The position numbers and the translations under genes were made by a program. A stretch of DNA of 64,000 nucleotides from Bilabrum cf. latius (lineage: Eukaryota), in the NCBI GenBank assembly GCA_965178125.1, contig OZ237776.1:310001-374000 (forward strand), written 5' to 3'. This document shows positions 11,892 to 26,800 of the stretch, piece after piece (the first letter of the stretch is position 1; every line of letters starts with the position of its first letter). Under the pieces are notes generated by a model. That model ran no database searches. It saw only the letters and a program-made list of their open reading frames with translations, and had not been told where the DNA came from.

Positions 11892-14800
11892 TTACCCAAA
11901 GAGAGACCGGATCCTAGCCTAGGCACCACGCAGCCCCGCTCGCTTGAAGCCAGCGCTGGCCCACACGTGGCTCCGCAGCTTGCCCCAGAGTTGCCGCGCT
12001 CTGTTTTGTTTGCGGTCCGACGCCGTCGCACGGCTGGAATCTTCGTGTCTCCGAGCGCCAGCCCCCGCGCCGATCTTCTATCTTCTGACATCCGCGGGCA
12101 AGGCAGCCGAGGTGGATCCTTGCATGCTCGAGGCTGGCTCCTCGCCGCCCATGGGCGATCTGGGTGGTGGGGCAGCGCCACTCTCGCGTGTGCCACCAGC
12201 CCGGCGGTTTGAGGGATCCTGACCGGTATCCTGGAGGGAGAATATCCTCCCAACGCCCCGGCGAAGCTAACTCGATCGGCCACCCTTACTTGGTCCTCTT
12301 CTAGCTTCTGCAAGTGCCTGACTCGGTCCAGGCTTCCAACCTTCAAAATCCTTGTCATCAACGCCTTGACTGCTAGGCCCTGTCCGGTGTCCGTCCATCA
12401 CCTCGTGAGTCGGGCCTTCTGCTGGCTCTCGTGACCGGCTGGCGCCCGCCCTACCACTGGCAGAGTTGCTCGATGCAGGTGCAAATCCGCTCGCACCTCG
12501 TCTCTGTCGCTTGCTTCTGCCAATCGACGACTTTCTGTCAGAAGCAACTCGATCTCGATGCAGCGCCGCTCCCGCCACCGCAGCTCTGCCGTTTGGTCTC
12601 CGGCCAGCCCGTGCTCGTCCAGCCTATGGCGATACCACTGGCGCCATGGCAACCTACGGAGGCATTCCAAGCGGGCGCATCGGTGCACTCGATGGCAAAG
12701 CTGATCTCTGTTTTCCGTCCATCACCCCGCGAGTCGGGCCTTCTGCCGGCTCTCGTGACCGACTGGCGTCAGCGCTACCATTGGCAGAGTCATTGGATGC
12801 AGTGGACGATTTGACCTCGTCTCCAATGAAGGATCGTCTCTGTTCGTGTCCGCTAGATCGCAGATCGATACCAGCCGCCTTCAGGTACTTTGTGTGCCTC
12901 CTTGGTTGCTTGACGACGCTGTGCGACCTCACGCGAGTCGGAACAGTCTTCCTCTGGGAATCGTCTGTCTCCATCTCGCGAACCACGGCTGCGACATCGT
13001 GAGTTGCACGCTGCTGTCGTTTGGATGTATCGCTAGGCTCTGCATCGGGGTAGTTACTCTTTTGGTCATGCTTTTCTGCAGACTCCAGCCCAGGAAGGCG
13101 TGTCGGTGAGTCTGCCCGTCTCTCAAGCGACAGGGTCGAATCTGCCACGCCGAGGACAGGCGAGTCTCCCACTAGATGTCGGGACGAGCTTGACTTCAGC
13201 TGCATCGCACGCTTTCGAGACTGCAGAGAACGTTTGGCCGCCGCTCGGTCCTCTGCACTGCTGCTTCGACCCCTAGATTCCGCGGAGGACTAGCTACGAA
13301 CCTCAATCCTGCCGTGCAAATGCGCTTCGGCGATCACTTTGTCTTCTTCGCCACGAGCTCTCGACCGCAGGGAAGCAGAGTCGTTGCTAACAATGCTCGC
13401 TGCAGACATGGCGGCGCCGGCAACATCGGTAGGAAGGCTAGGCGTGGCGCTGCTTCCCTCCACACTTGAGTCAGCAGCTGCTGTACGCAAGCGCTTGGAG
13501 CTCCTGCCACGCATGCGGTCGCCGAGTGCGGGAGCGCGGTAGGCCGACAGCTGCCCACCATGCGACTGGGGAGCCTGCTCTGACGAATCGGATCGCCGGG
13601 ATGGCTCTTTGGAGTTCTTCGTGACGAGACTGCCGCGACCATCGCTAGACGACTGCTATTTATCCACGCGGCTGGACACAGCTGCCGCGAACTTGGTACC
13701 GGAACCACGCATTGGGTTGCTGCCCCGAAACACGTCTTCGTCAGGAGCGCCGGTATTGCCCAATTGGTTTGACTGCCCACGCTCGCGAGCTCTCGCGCCA
13801 AAATCAGTTCGTGACGGGTGACTAGGCCCGCCCGCTGCACCGCGACTCTGCTCCGAAGCCGCAGCTGCACCAGCAGCGAGCATAGGATTCGATCCACGAA
13901 ACATGCCACTACCACCATGCCTCATCGGAGTCCGTGACAGTGCCGATCCATTACGGCCATGCTGAGGCTGCTGCTTCGCTCGCGCACCGGCGGCGAATTT
14001 GTCACGGGACATGGCAGCCAACTGCCGTTCCGCTCGTAGGATCTTGCGCACATCTTCGTCGCCCAACGCATGCCCACTTGCCCCGGATGCGGTGTACATT
14101 GGGAGAAATTCCGGCATGTGAATCAACTTTTTTCTTAGTGCGGGGTTGACTGAAACCTCGGGCAGCTGCTGCAAAAGTGTGGCATCCCTCTCTTGCTTGA
14201 CCTTCTCTAGCTCCAGCTTGGCTCGCATGGCTGCCGCGGACTCAACCTAGTCGGTGATGAGGATGTTGTGCTCACTGCAGGCGCGCAATGGCCGGCTGCT
14301 GGTACCCTGAACAGAGTGCCACACATGGCTTCCTTTCTGTTTCCTCCTCAACTTCCTGTCCTGAGTCAGTGTCATGATCGCTCGGAGCGGATTCCGGATC
14401 GTGGGCTCGGACGGCTGCTGCGGGAAGAGGTCTATCTCTGTTCCTGTATAATACCGGATCATTGGCCGTCCCGTGAACTGATGCTGGATCGCCTCATGCA
14501 CCGCCTTGCGCTTGCTCTCCGCATCGCTTCGAAACGAGTAGAACACGGTCGCGATCAACGCCAAATACACGGTGGCATTCAACGCTAGGAGCACCACGGT
14601 GATAACCAGGTCCCACCGCTCGGCCGACCTGACTACTTTAGCCTCTGCTTGTTCCCTCCATAAATCTATTGGGTCAAATGTGGTGCCATTGGAAAGGTTC
14701 AATTCGACGTCAAGCAATACATCACTTTCACCGCCTCCCGCCACACCAAGCGACTCGATCTCAGATTGCTATGCGAATCGATTGGCCTCGTCAATGGCCC

Positions 14801-17800
14801 TCTACAGCTCAACTCTCTCATCGTACTCAGTCGCGATGTCTCGCATCTGAGACAAGGTCTGCTCTTCCGATCGTAGGAAGATCAGCGACAGGATCTGGGT
14901 GGCAACAAGGGACACTAGACCGTACGACTCAACCGAGTTGAGCCACCACCTGTCGTACGGCAGCAGCTCCAGATGGGCTACTAGAGATATGACTGCCACG
15001 AATGACGCTAGGATGACTGCCTGGTACGGCTCTTGCACGAAAGTCCCAAATAAAATGATGCAGGTCTTGCGGATGATCTGTACTGATTCCCACCAGTACC
15101 GCTGCCGTTCCACATCGTACCCTTTGAAGAGAAAGCCGAACTACTGGAAGAAGCTAAAAGTTCGTATCTCACTGCTGTGGTATGCATTACAAAGAAGAAC
15201 GACCATGATCATAGGAAATGTCAGCCCCAATATCAGGATCACAACTGCCGCGATCGCGACAGCTATTGTGTGCTATTCTGTATAGCACTGCACGGAGTAG
15301 TCCATTCTCAGGTAGCTGATCCCACCGATGGGTTCAGAACATCCCATCACACCAAGCCCCTGCGTGATAACTGTTGGCAGGGTCATGAACGTAAGCAACA
15401 CAGCTGTCGACGCAAGGTCACCACTCTGCATGTACTGCTGCGTGGCTTCCGCCAGGGGCCGGAAGATGCGCTTTCCGCACTGGTGCTACAGTCTGGCGCA
15501 GCAACTGTTATCCAAGGTCCCGTTTGCATCCGAGCTGGTTGGGTCAGGCTTTCCATCTTGTTGCGAACGAGCGACCGGCTATCTCGTGCCAACAGCTGGT
15601 GCAGTTCTGCCATCCAACGACGAAACTGCGGCTGCCCCGGTTGCTCGACCACTTCCTTTTGTAGCACGGTCAGACGCTTCCTAACTGCCAGGCATAGTAT
15701 CGCCGGGTGGTAAAGATGCATCAGGGTCGCTATTTTGAGGGCCGGTGTGGACCTCCACGGTAAGAGTGCGTGTCGAGCGAGCAGCTGCTACTCGCTTCTT
15801 CTTGATGGCGCGCAGCCACTCATCGACAGCTTGCTTGTTCTTACTTTTCTCGTACTTTTGCAGCTGCTTCCGTAGCCGTGCTAGCTTCCGGATCTATTCC
15901 TCCGTGGACTTACCGTCAGCGATTCGCCGCCTCTCCATCCACGTGAGGGGCCGCTTTGCCTGGTACCTGAGCTCTTCCCTCCTCTCTAGGATGAGCTTGT
16001 CCGTGTCCACTCCCTTGGCGGCGTTGAAGAGGATGTTCATCAACACACCAACAACAATCGCGATGCCCGTCATGAACAGCGAGATGTAAAGCTTCTGAAA
16101 GTACCCCATCTTAAGCTGACACTAAACGGCACTCCCCCCGAGTACATCCCCAGAGGCAGAGGAAGCGTAAGACACGTACTTGCGGAACGTCTGGGTGCCG
16201 CGGGCTCTAAATATGCCCATGATTGTCAGAAATTGAGTGTATCCCAGACCAATCTTAGCCACTACGCCCCAGTAGCTGAACCTATTCGGTTTGCGAACGA
16301 CCGAAATGTAGAACATGAACGCCGCAGCGCCCAAGGCTGTCACCCCTACCGTGATCCAACCCTCTAGATCACTACCGCACTTTACGCATTGAAAACCTTC
16401 CATAGCATATCCAGAAGCAGCGCATGTAGCGCAAAGAGGGCCACCGTATCCCTTGGCGCACCTATATGTTCTTGCCTGCTGGTCTACGATGCACACGTCG
16501 GGATTCGGGCAAAGGTGCAGTTCCGTATCCTAGTCCACTAACACCGACCCTGTCTGGTTATCAAATCTAGCGCTTGATTCCACCAAGAAATGCCCGGGAA
16601 GCAGCTTCAAGATGCCGCCAGAGCAGTCCACCCCGGTTGGTGGGCATTCGATGCATGCTTTGCCGTCGTACCCATCGGCATAGTGGTTGGCTGGACAGCT
16701 ATCGCACCTGTACTCGCCGGTTCGACTCTCTTCGGTGGACGGAGGGCAGAACCCGACCTGCTGCTCTACCCTAGTGAATCCAGGCGGCAGTGGCTTCCCA
16801 CCCCTTGTGCACTCAAAGTCCATGGCGTAGGTTGTGCCCTGCTTCCCGGAGAGCATCAAGTCTGGAAGGTACATCCGACCGTTTCTAGCCACTGTGGATC
16901 GTGTGAACTGGAGCTCCACCCGGCCAAATGGATCATCCACCACGGAATTGCTCTGAACGAGGGCTGCCTAGCAGACGGTAGCAGAATCTGTTCGATCTGG
17001 CATGAGTACCGCAACGGATTGCTCGGGTGGATACATGTCTGGCATCCGATCCAGAGTAGGCAGCAAAGCGCTCGAATCCAGCGTAGCCAAACGACGATGA
17101 TTGTGACGGCCGTTGGCTTTATCATGGCTCGAGTTTGGTCCATATCGGGAAATTGAGTCAACTGCTTCCGCATACGTGTCCGACTGTACACCTGGAACCC
17201 GGCTGTGCAGTGGTACAAGCTGCAGCCTAGCTGTCTTTGCGGGCAATACTGGTGTCACCGCAAGCGAACGGGGACCGAAGGCATGGGTCTATCCCAAATG
17301 GAGTTGAGCGCCATGTTCCGATGCTAGGGACGTCACTGGGACCGAGGCTTGAGCGAGCTGGTGTGGCCACATGGCCCAAGACGGTAGAATCGACATAGTC
17401 AGGAGCTGCAGGTCAAGCGACTGCTGCGACACGATCTTCTGCTGGAGTGATGTGGTGGGCACCACAGCTGACCAGGCCGATGCGATGTCGATTGTGGCTG
17501 TGTCAAACAACTGGCCAGTCGGTCGGTTGCACGACAGCTCGACCGATATGACGGCTCCCATGGACAGCTAGGGGGTCAGCGCTTCAATCTCGACAGTCCA
17601 TGCTGGCATGCGGGGCAGCGCTAGTTGCTTGAGCTCATGGCTGATGCTAGAGACATCATCCAGTAATGCAGCCGCCTGCACATGCACGCAAGACTCCAGG
17701 TCAGCTGTCCAGTAAGCCGAAAATGTGCGCATTCCGGTGAGCTGGTCTATTGGCTTCCCACTGATTATTTCGCCTTCCCAGTCGGCCTGAACCGACAGAC

Positions 17801-20800
17801 TCGGTGCAAAGGACGCGATCAATTGAGACACTGGAGGAGCGTTTTCTCTCCCTATCAAGGACGATAAGTCCAAGTACCTTGCGTATCCTACCACACGGTC
17901 ACTCATCGCACCGGCCGAGACGATCTCATCTCCGTCAGAGCCTGGTTCTTGCAAATCAAGGAGCATATCGTCGCTTGGGTCATAGCCAGATTGCCGAGCA
18001 AAGGTTGAGGCTAGCCTGACATTCCAATCAGCTGTCTGTTGGCTGTTGCTGTCCCTCTCGGTTCCTGCCTATCGCAGTTGCAGCTGATCGACTGGTCGAG
18101 TAGTCCAGGAGGGACCTGTCCGCCTTCTGTCCACAAGCATTCGAATTCTATCGGTGCCTGTTCGATTCAAGCTAGTTTGTACGTATGCAGGAGAGAAGTC
18201 TGTGACGACAATCCCTGCATCTCGTAGGAATGTCAAAAGAACGGTTTCATCTGCCGAGGCCGTTGTGAGAACACCCCCTAATCCACTTGGCACGTCAGTG
18301 TTGGCATCAATTGCAAACTAGGATAGCTGTAGCTGGCTTAGCCTATCCTATATGTCCTACCGCTCCTCATCGGTATCAGCTGCCTGTAACTCGGCCTGCA
18401 GTTCACCCTATCGTATTAGAAGACGCGACTGCGCTGCCGTTGCAATGATCCGCGCAGTGGCTTGCGCATCGTAACCCTGCAGTCGGTTGGACAGGAGTTC
18501 CGGTGACTATAGCCCCGCGAAAGCGCTTGAATCGCTAGGCAATCGACCCGACACTGATGTACGTCCAGTCCACCTCGGGTCCGTTGACTCTGTAGCGTCA
18601 TACGCATAGTTAGGCAACACCTACTTCAGTTCCTGCAGTGCAAGCGTCCTGTTGATCCACTGCCTCGTACTTCCGATGTCAACAGAACACTTGGATCCTT
18701 GCATGCTCACCGCTTCTCCGAGTTCATCGATGGCACTGACCAGCATGGAAGGCTCAAGCGCCTCCCGAAACCTCTCATTGGATGGGTTGAAGGCCTGCCG
18801 AGGCCGCCGCAGGAGGAATGGCCTCACGCGGCGGATGAATGAGTACACGGGCGGCGACTGCGTGGTGAAGGTGCCTATCTTGCAACGCACGCGGATCGCC
18901 AGCACGCTTCCAGGGGCGCCGGAGGCCCGCACAGCCAGAGACGCGCGTCCAGTCTCGACGTCTACCTCGGCCCCGGCCCGCTCGCTGCCACGACTGGTGA
19001 GAGATGCAATGGATGGTGCCTGTATACTACCACTACGATCTGGGTTTGCGTTCGCGGCCATAGAGCGCGCCTCAACGCCCACTTGCTCCGCCAGCTGGGC
19101 AGCTGCGCCGGGGTCTTCCTCCAGCTCACAGGTGGCTCCAGCGATGAACTGCGCCACCTCATCTTCTGTTGGCCCTGCGGATCGCTGCAGACCGGTAGCA
19201 TTGTCGGTGACGTACAATTCACTGCCAGGCAGTGATCCGGCTAGAGAGCCAGGGAACCGCATGTTGACCTGAAGAGTGGCATCGAGCTGGTATGGTGAAT
19301 CTTCCAGGCACCGCACACAAGAAGCCTGGTCTGGCCAGGTATCGAATTCCTGGGCGGTGACACCACCACTACTCTCAGTGTCTGAGACCGCGCGTTTTAA
19401 CTACAGGAGCTAGGGCGCAGTGAACGGTTTTAGGGTGTACGCATCCACGGTACCTAGTCCGATGTCTACAACTATGTGCAAGGGCGCGGGGTCTGGTGCA
19501 AGACCTCGCATCGAGCACCCTACTCGAAGCGGAACTCTGGCTCCAAAGGGTGCGGCCAGCGCAGTACCGTCAAATCGTGCTACACCATCCGCACCAGGGA
19601 CAGCCTTATCTGTACCAAGAACCTGCATTGAAGCCGCATCGCGGTCCGATATGGCAACTGCTTGCAGGATGCCGTTGACCCGTGAGTACACGATCGTGTC
19701 TGCGAGCTTATCCTGATCAATTGACAATGTGCACGTTACTTTACGCAAGGTAACTTCAGGAAGGCTGTCCCCGGCGTATCCGGAGACTCGCACAGCCGGA
19801 GCAGGGTCCATCGGAGTGATTCGACGGGTAGACGAAGGCAAGGTCACCAGGGGTGGCAGCTGCGCCCAACGGGACTCCAGCTGCTGCACATGCCCCGCAA
19901 ACACAGCACCACCGACTTGCTACTCCTGCAGGCGGCATGCCAGCACCAGCATAATCAGTCGAGAAGCCAGCTAAGATGAGGTAGGCACAACCTGCAGCCC
20001 TGCCGCTAGCAGTTTGCCCCCTTCATCTGCTTTGAACACCTGCGGTCCCCGCAGCGGCACGCTTGCAGGATGCTCTGCTCCGGTCGTCGATGCGGCCGTA
20101 ATCCACCAATCAGCCGATTTGGATGTATTGTCATCCCATGCGCCGTCTAGTAGTCTAGGCGCGACGGCAAATGGCGTGCACGACACGTCACCAACTGCCA
20201 GACCCAGCACCTCCCGCGCGTCCTGTCCTCCTGCCACAAGCAGCGCGCTAAGATGAGAAGCGGTGCTATTGCGCTGCAGAAAGACGTTATCGTACGGTTG
20301 GATCGGCATGGTAGAGACGCCTGCAGCTTCCAGTTCGGCCTAATCGGGCGCTGTCCAGTCGGTACCCTCAAAGGTGGCCTGGAGGTCGTAGCCCTCGATT
20401 GAGTCAACGAGCTTGAGGTAGATTCCAGGCAGTGTCATCTCAGCGATCGGGAAAGAAAGCTGAGCAAGTATCTCCGCCGCAGCATTCAGTGACGTGGAGC
20501 CTGGTGAGAAGTCGGAACCAGTGGCCATGGCCCCTGTCAGAGCCATGGAGAAGTCCGGCACGAGCGTACTAGGAAGTCGGACGGAAACCTCCACACCGGA
20601 TGGCAGCTGGCAACGCACGGTGGGAAGTCCCACGGTTGCTGGACTCATCACGAGGCCGAGGAGGTCAAGTTCTATGTCGGACGAGCGCGCGTCAAAGATG
20701 GCTCCAGGTCCGATGGGGTCACACTGGAGGGTGCTGGCGTCCCCCGACCCAGCCTCCGGAACGATGCGCACGAGCCTCTGTGGCAAACAGGACACCTGAC

Positions 20801-23800
20801 ACTTGGCCGGAGTATCCTGCAGCGTGGTCCGAAGCGAGGACGTCAAGTCGTTCGGTAGCCCTTGTAGCCCCCCCCCTCGTACTACCATTGCGTTCCAACC
20901 GTTGCGCGACTGGTCTGTTCCGTACTTTGCAAGCGCATCTGGCACTGCTCCCTGGTCTACAACGGCAGCGGAAATGAAATTTGCTGGACCGATGACACTA
21001 TTCGATTTGACCCCTTGTTGCGCATCGAAAATGCGGGTTGTCTATACAAGCTAGAGTCTCGGCGAGGGTGTTATCGGCCTAAGTCCAGCCGCAATTGCTG
21101 CCCGCAGATCCGACTCGGCTGTAGCTGCCTGCGCCTCAACAGAAGAGGGCAGAACCACCAAAGCAGCCGACTGCTTCGCTCTGCCATCTCTGGCCTGTAG
21201 TACAGTTCCGGAGCCTATCCGCGCAGAGAAGCGGACAAAATCGTTGATCCCACCGGCAAGAGAGAGCGATTGCAGAGTGTCTGCATTACCACCGTCTCGA
21301 AGAACAAGCTGTACAGGAGATGACTGAATCGCTAGCGGGTCAGACTCGATACTATTTGAATCTGTCCCATGGAGCCACAGACAGCGTTGCTGTACTAAGG
21401 ATGTGAAGCCTTGCTAGTGAATCATACTTGTCTCAGGATATGCGATTATGGCGTCGTACGGTGACACAGACGCAACGACTCCAATGGCATCGTTGGAGTT
21501 TGATTGTTGCTGCTTGGCTACCTAGCCGGTGCTGGCTAGCAGCACGCTTAATGCTTCCGATATAGCCAACTCGCGCGTAGCATTAGCAACCAGTGTCTAG
21601 TTGCGCAACACCTCAGCTGTATTGCACGACCGATGTGCACACACACGGAAGAGAGCACTAGTGCTTTCCGAGGAGAGGCTTGAACTGACGTCTATCAAAG
21701 CAGCCAAGTTGCTCTTCCCTTGTAAAAGAGTGCCGTTGGGAAGGAGTTGCAGCATGAACTGCTCCAAATCAACAGTATCTTGAATGCCGAGCGACAACTG
21801 TTGAATTGCTGCGACGACTGCAGACGACAGGTGTCTTGACGAGTTGGCCGGGCCATTGTCCGATCCAACTGGTACGACAGCGGGCATCTAGCTTAAACTC
21901 GCCGTCTGTATCTGCAAATCATCCGGTGCATCCACAAGAGAACAACGCCAATCGGAAACCTTTGCTTCCAGTGATAGACCAAATTCTGACGGTTGGTCTG
22001 GGTCCTCGGTGGAGGTTGCAACACCGTAGTTTTCACTCAACGCATTGCGCAATACCTCTTGCGGCCGTACAGCCAAGCGAATCCTCCGAGGGCGAAGCGT
22101 TTGGGGCTGATGCGCTCCTTGACTCCCTAGCTAAGCCACACGGAGAAGAGACCTTGAAATGTCGTGTGCCATCGAGTGGGCCGATGCAAGGCTAGCCAAC
22201 GAGACCTCACCCGGAGAAACAACGTGGTTGACAAGCATTGCCTCGTCGTCTCCGCAGTATGACTGTCTTCGCAGACCTCTAGACAACACAAACTGGATTC
22301 GACCTGCTGGTATTGGATCTGCAACTAGCGTACCCTGGCTGGTGAGTGCTGACGGCAGCTGTGACATCTCATGAGACGAGCCCGTGGCGAATACCACTGC
22401 CTCAAGTCTTTGGAGCTCCCATTCAGGCTGGCAGAACGACGCTTCGTCTTCAACTATGTCTGATTCTACATCGGCCTAGGTCATACGACCAGATGCTGAT
22501 TCATTCAAATTCCGTATTAACCATTCGGTGCGCCGCGTGTCCTGTAGATATCGGGCGGCAGACCGCGGCAAAGCAGCGATGGAAGCAGGGCCCACAAAGG
22601 TGAGAGAGGGCTTCGGTACGATGAGCAATACGTCATTGGTACTCGACAACATGCTTGTATCGGAGAGTGTGCACCGACTAGGAACCAATACGCTTCGGTC
22701 GAAGGCTCCTTGCCATCTCAAGTCCGAGTAGATGGTCTGATACATTTGCACGCTGGCCAAGCCGTCTTGCTACGTCCACCGGAGTCTGACGGCACTCAAA
22801 ACTGCAGCAATATTTGCTGTGTCAACTGCTTGAACCTCTACTGGCTCCGTGTAGTTCAACAGCGTACCACCAATGTCAGATGAGGCATCAATGCCACCGA
22901 TAGTATTCATCTTGATACCGCCCGACAACTGCACAAGATCGGCGGCTCCTTCGACGGATAGAGTGCACGACTGGACAGGCAGCTAGCTCTGCCCAGTGTG
23001 AGACGATACTCTGCACCATGTTCGAGACTCAATATCTAAAACCCTACACGTATACGCGGCAAGATGGGTCGCCTATGCACCTGTATCGCTTGACGACAGC
23101 GTCAGCATTGAATCACCAGAGCTCGACCGAACCACATTTGCGGCGATTCTACCGCCTTGAGTTTTGAGCACAACTGTAGCTCTATCTGCCGATGCAATCA
23201 ATTGGTTGGCAATCTCGCATGTAGACAGATCAATGATGTCTTGATGACCAGGGGATCCCACTAGTTTGGGAGTGTGCGCAGAAGCAGAGTCTGAATTGGT
23301 GCCGGCAGCGGAGCCATAGATTTCGGTAGAAGCTAACGCAGAAGAGGTTTGATTTGATGCCATTGAAATCTGCACCATCTCCATGCGATCTCTACCGGTG
23401 GGCTGGCCTGGTTGATTTGCGGTCGTAAGCCAGGCTTGCACAGCCGCCAAATCTTGCGAAAACCACGGACCGTGCACCACCTGGCCCTCCGACTGCACGC
23501 CAACACCCTTCAACTCCATGGACAGATAGCCTGGGGCTGAAGATTGGGATCGCCTCGACGATGTGCACGCATCTCCAGCGGTAACTGTAGCAGAGAGTAC
23601 TGAGGGAAACGGCTAAATCGGAAACCGGTTGATAGCAGTGTCCTCGGCACCGGCCCCGCCCCCGGCCTGCGCAGGCTAGACAGGGAGCGCTATCCCGACA
23701 GGAGTCACCAGGTCTTCCGCGCTTTCCAGTGCCTATGCATGCAACTGGGCGGTGCTATTGTGGCCTCTGTCAACTGATGAAGCGTCGTACTGCACCATGG

Positions 23801-26800
23801 TAGACACCACATCGGACACGCGAAGTGCAAACGGGGCCCCGGTCACGGTTGTGCCGGACGGAAGCGAGCAGCTCCATCGTGCCAGCCTGCAGGCGCCTGG
23901 GGTCCCCTGCAGAGGCAGCGACGTCGACTGAACAATGCCACTGCCACTTACCATTGTGAATTGTTGGCCAATGACATCGACCTCTCCCTAGTACGGACGT
24001 TCCCCCCTGTCCGAACATAGCAGACGAAAAGCCTCTTCACTTGGGCTCAGCGGTGTACCTCCAGGCGCAGACAGCAGCATAGCCGAAACGCTCCCTCCGT
24101 AGTCCTGCGGTAGCTCATTCGCATACTGAGAAACGGGAGATACACGGCACTGGTATGCGTGTTCCGTGTCCTGCTGCATAGCCTGAGCGGCTCCTGCTAG
24201 AGCCGCCGATGCATGCATGACGTGTCGATGCACTGCAGTATGGTACAGAAACATCGCTGCTGCTGCGGATTCCTAGTCACCAATTGGGTGCAATAAGTCA
24301 ACTGAATGGTGCTGTAAGGAACGATCGGCTGCCGCCACCATGCTAGCTGCCTACAGGGCTGGTCCAGAGGCAAGTCGTGCGCACGGGGCAGGCATTGCCA
24401 CGAATGTAGAGAGCTATTCAGAGCTAGATTCCGCGCCGGATGGCGGTGCTTCAGACACAAAAGGTATCGCCAATTGATCGGAGTACTTCTCCTCGCCAAT
24501 TAATGAGGTAGACAATTGGCTCGTTAGGTTCGATTCGAACAGCCGCACGCTACAGTGATGTAGCGACGGTGGAGCTGATGTAACGCGCACAGGAGCGCTA
24601 TTGTGTGAAGCAGTGTAGTGGGAATTACCAGCTGCTGCGGTGACCGTGCATGCCATGCTGAGTTCACCGACAGCCACGTACGGGGATCGCCTAGTCCCTG
24701 CCATCGCATCTGGATACTCAATCTGAGCTTGTACCGCAGGCGTATGCAAGGACACGTGCACTGGCCTAGAGGTCAGGGCAGAGTGTGTACCCTCACCAGC
24801 TTGTAGCAGTGCATAGCCCGGCACAGCCGCCACTAAACGTAGAATAGACATAATTGCATGTCGTTCTGCACTGGGTTCTGCTACCTCTTCCATTGCAAGG
24901 TCGTGAAGCCTCGTGGTGCTTGGGGAAGCCAGATGTGGCAGCAGTCTGGACTGCACTGCAGACACGGCCAGCTTTGCTCGCGTGTCTATCGACATGCGCA
25001 CGCGCACAGAAGAATCAACGTAAGCCGCTACAGTCGTTTTGTTGAGTTGCTCTAGATCTGCGGCGCTGCTGGCCTCAGTAGCGCCCTGCAAGGCATGGTT
25101 AGTGAACTACCCATTCGGAGCAAGACCCGCGGAAATTGCACCAATCGGAGTCACTTCAGGCTAACACTGGACAGGCTCTTCAGCAAAGGCGTCAATCTAG
25201 ATTCCTAACTATGCTTGCTACATACCTGCTTGTGCGCCTCGCAGTGACAGTCCAGCGGATAGCTGGGCACTAACAAGTACTGTCTCCCTGGGCAAATTCG
25301 GATGAATCTCCAGCCGTGCTGCATAACTCTCGGGTGCTTGGGCATTACCTGACGTCACCTGCACCAAATTCGTTGCCGTGAGAGCGGCCAATTCTGATGC
25401 CTTGCCTAGGGAGGCGACAATAGCGTCTAGTGCAGCGCTATCCTCTGCCTCCTGGCCGTTGGCAAGTCTCTCAAGGGCCTGCGAAAGCCCTTGACCCCAG
25501 GCCGGCACAATTGAATGCATCTGTGATGGAGCCAGCCAGCGCCATGCTACAGCAGCCGCACGCATGGTGTCTTGACTCGTTGACAGAGACGATAAGCTGG
25601 CTGTTCCAGAGCTTCCAGCTAGCATCTACCGTAAAGTAATCAAGGAGTCTTCGCGGGACCATACCGCCAAGGGGGAAATGCCAGTGTGCAGCATGCGTGC
25701 CTGCGCCCCACCGAGTCTCCACGAAACCACACCAGCCGACTGTCCAAGCGATGATCCCATGCAAGCGGATGAGTGAGCAAGCGCAGGCAGGTGCGTTACG
25801 CCAGAGGTTGCATTCCATCGTGGCATCTGGCACAGCCAAAGATCAGTCGGGCCCCAAGAGGGATGCCACGCCCTCTGTCTGTGCCACAGCCTAGCCTCAG
25901 GCAGAGGAAACATAGCACCGAATGGTTCAGGGCCCTCCGGCTGTTCTATCTATGAGGCGGAAGGGGTGTTCCAAGTCGTCGAATCAGAGTGCAGCACATC
26001 CACGACTAGCGGCATGCCGCCGGCTTCGTCGTCTGGCACAAGGGAGGCGAGGGTGTCGTGAAGATGGTGGGGCGATCTTGATGCCACGGATGTGATGGCA
26101 TCATCAGCATGTGTTGTGCTAGATTCTTCTCCGTTGCCAAGAATTCTACAGTCTGCTGCAAGAGCCACAGCTTGCCCTGCCTGCGTGCCTGTCAACGTGA
26201 GCCCAGGGAACTCCAGCGCGGACACGAGCTCCCTACATGCGGGCTGTCGAGGCAGCTGAGTTGTCATGGACTCAGGCGCAAGGGTTCCACTCCAACCACG
26301 AGGAATCTCGACAACATCTAGGCACCATATCGCTGCTTGCTGAGTGACAGTGCCTCGCAGCTGGGTCCTAGAGGCTGCAAGCACCGAAGACTAGGACGCG
26401 ACAGAGGCAACTTCGCTGGAGCCGAGGGGGGCTCTAGTCTCGTTCCGCAGGATCGACAGTGCAGTGGACGATGGGACATGCTCGACAGGCCGCTGCATGC
26501 CCTGGACTCGGGCAGTGCATTCGACCGCTGCAGTATAGTCAGGGCCTGCCGTCCACATTGCCTTAGGCGCTACGGCATGGGCTGCTGGCCAAGCAGCCAC
26601 GAAGAATTCTGCGCCGTCTACCCTTGATCTTGTTGTTCCAACGATCCAACTTGCCCTCGCACCTTGGCGTAGAGCAGTACCACTCTGTGCAGATTCAGCG
26701 AGCCTCGCAGATGCTTGCAGTTCGCGCGCTCGCTGCACTGCAGCCACAACCTCAGCGTCAAGCAGAACATCTCTAGGAGCAGGGCCATCGAGACCGGCAA

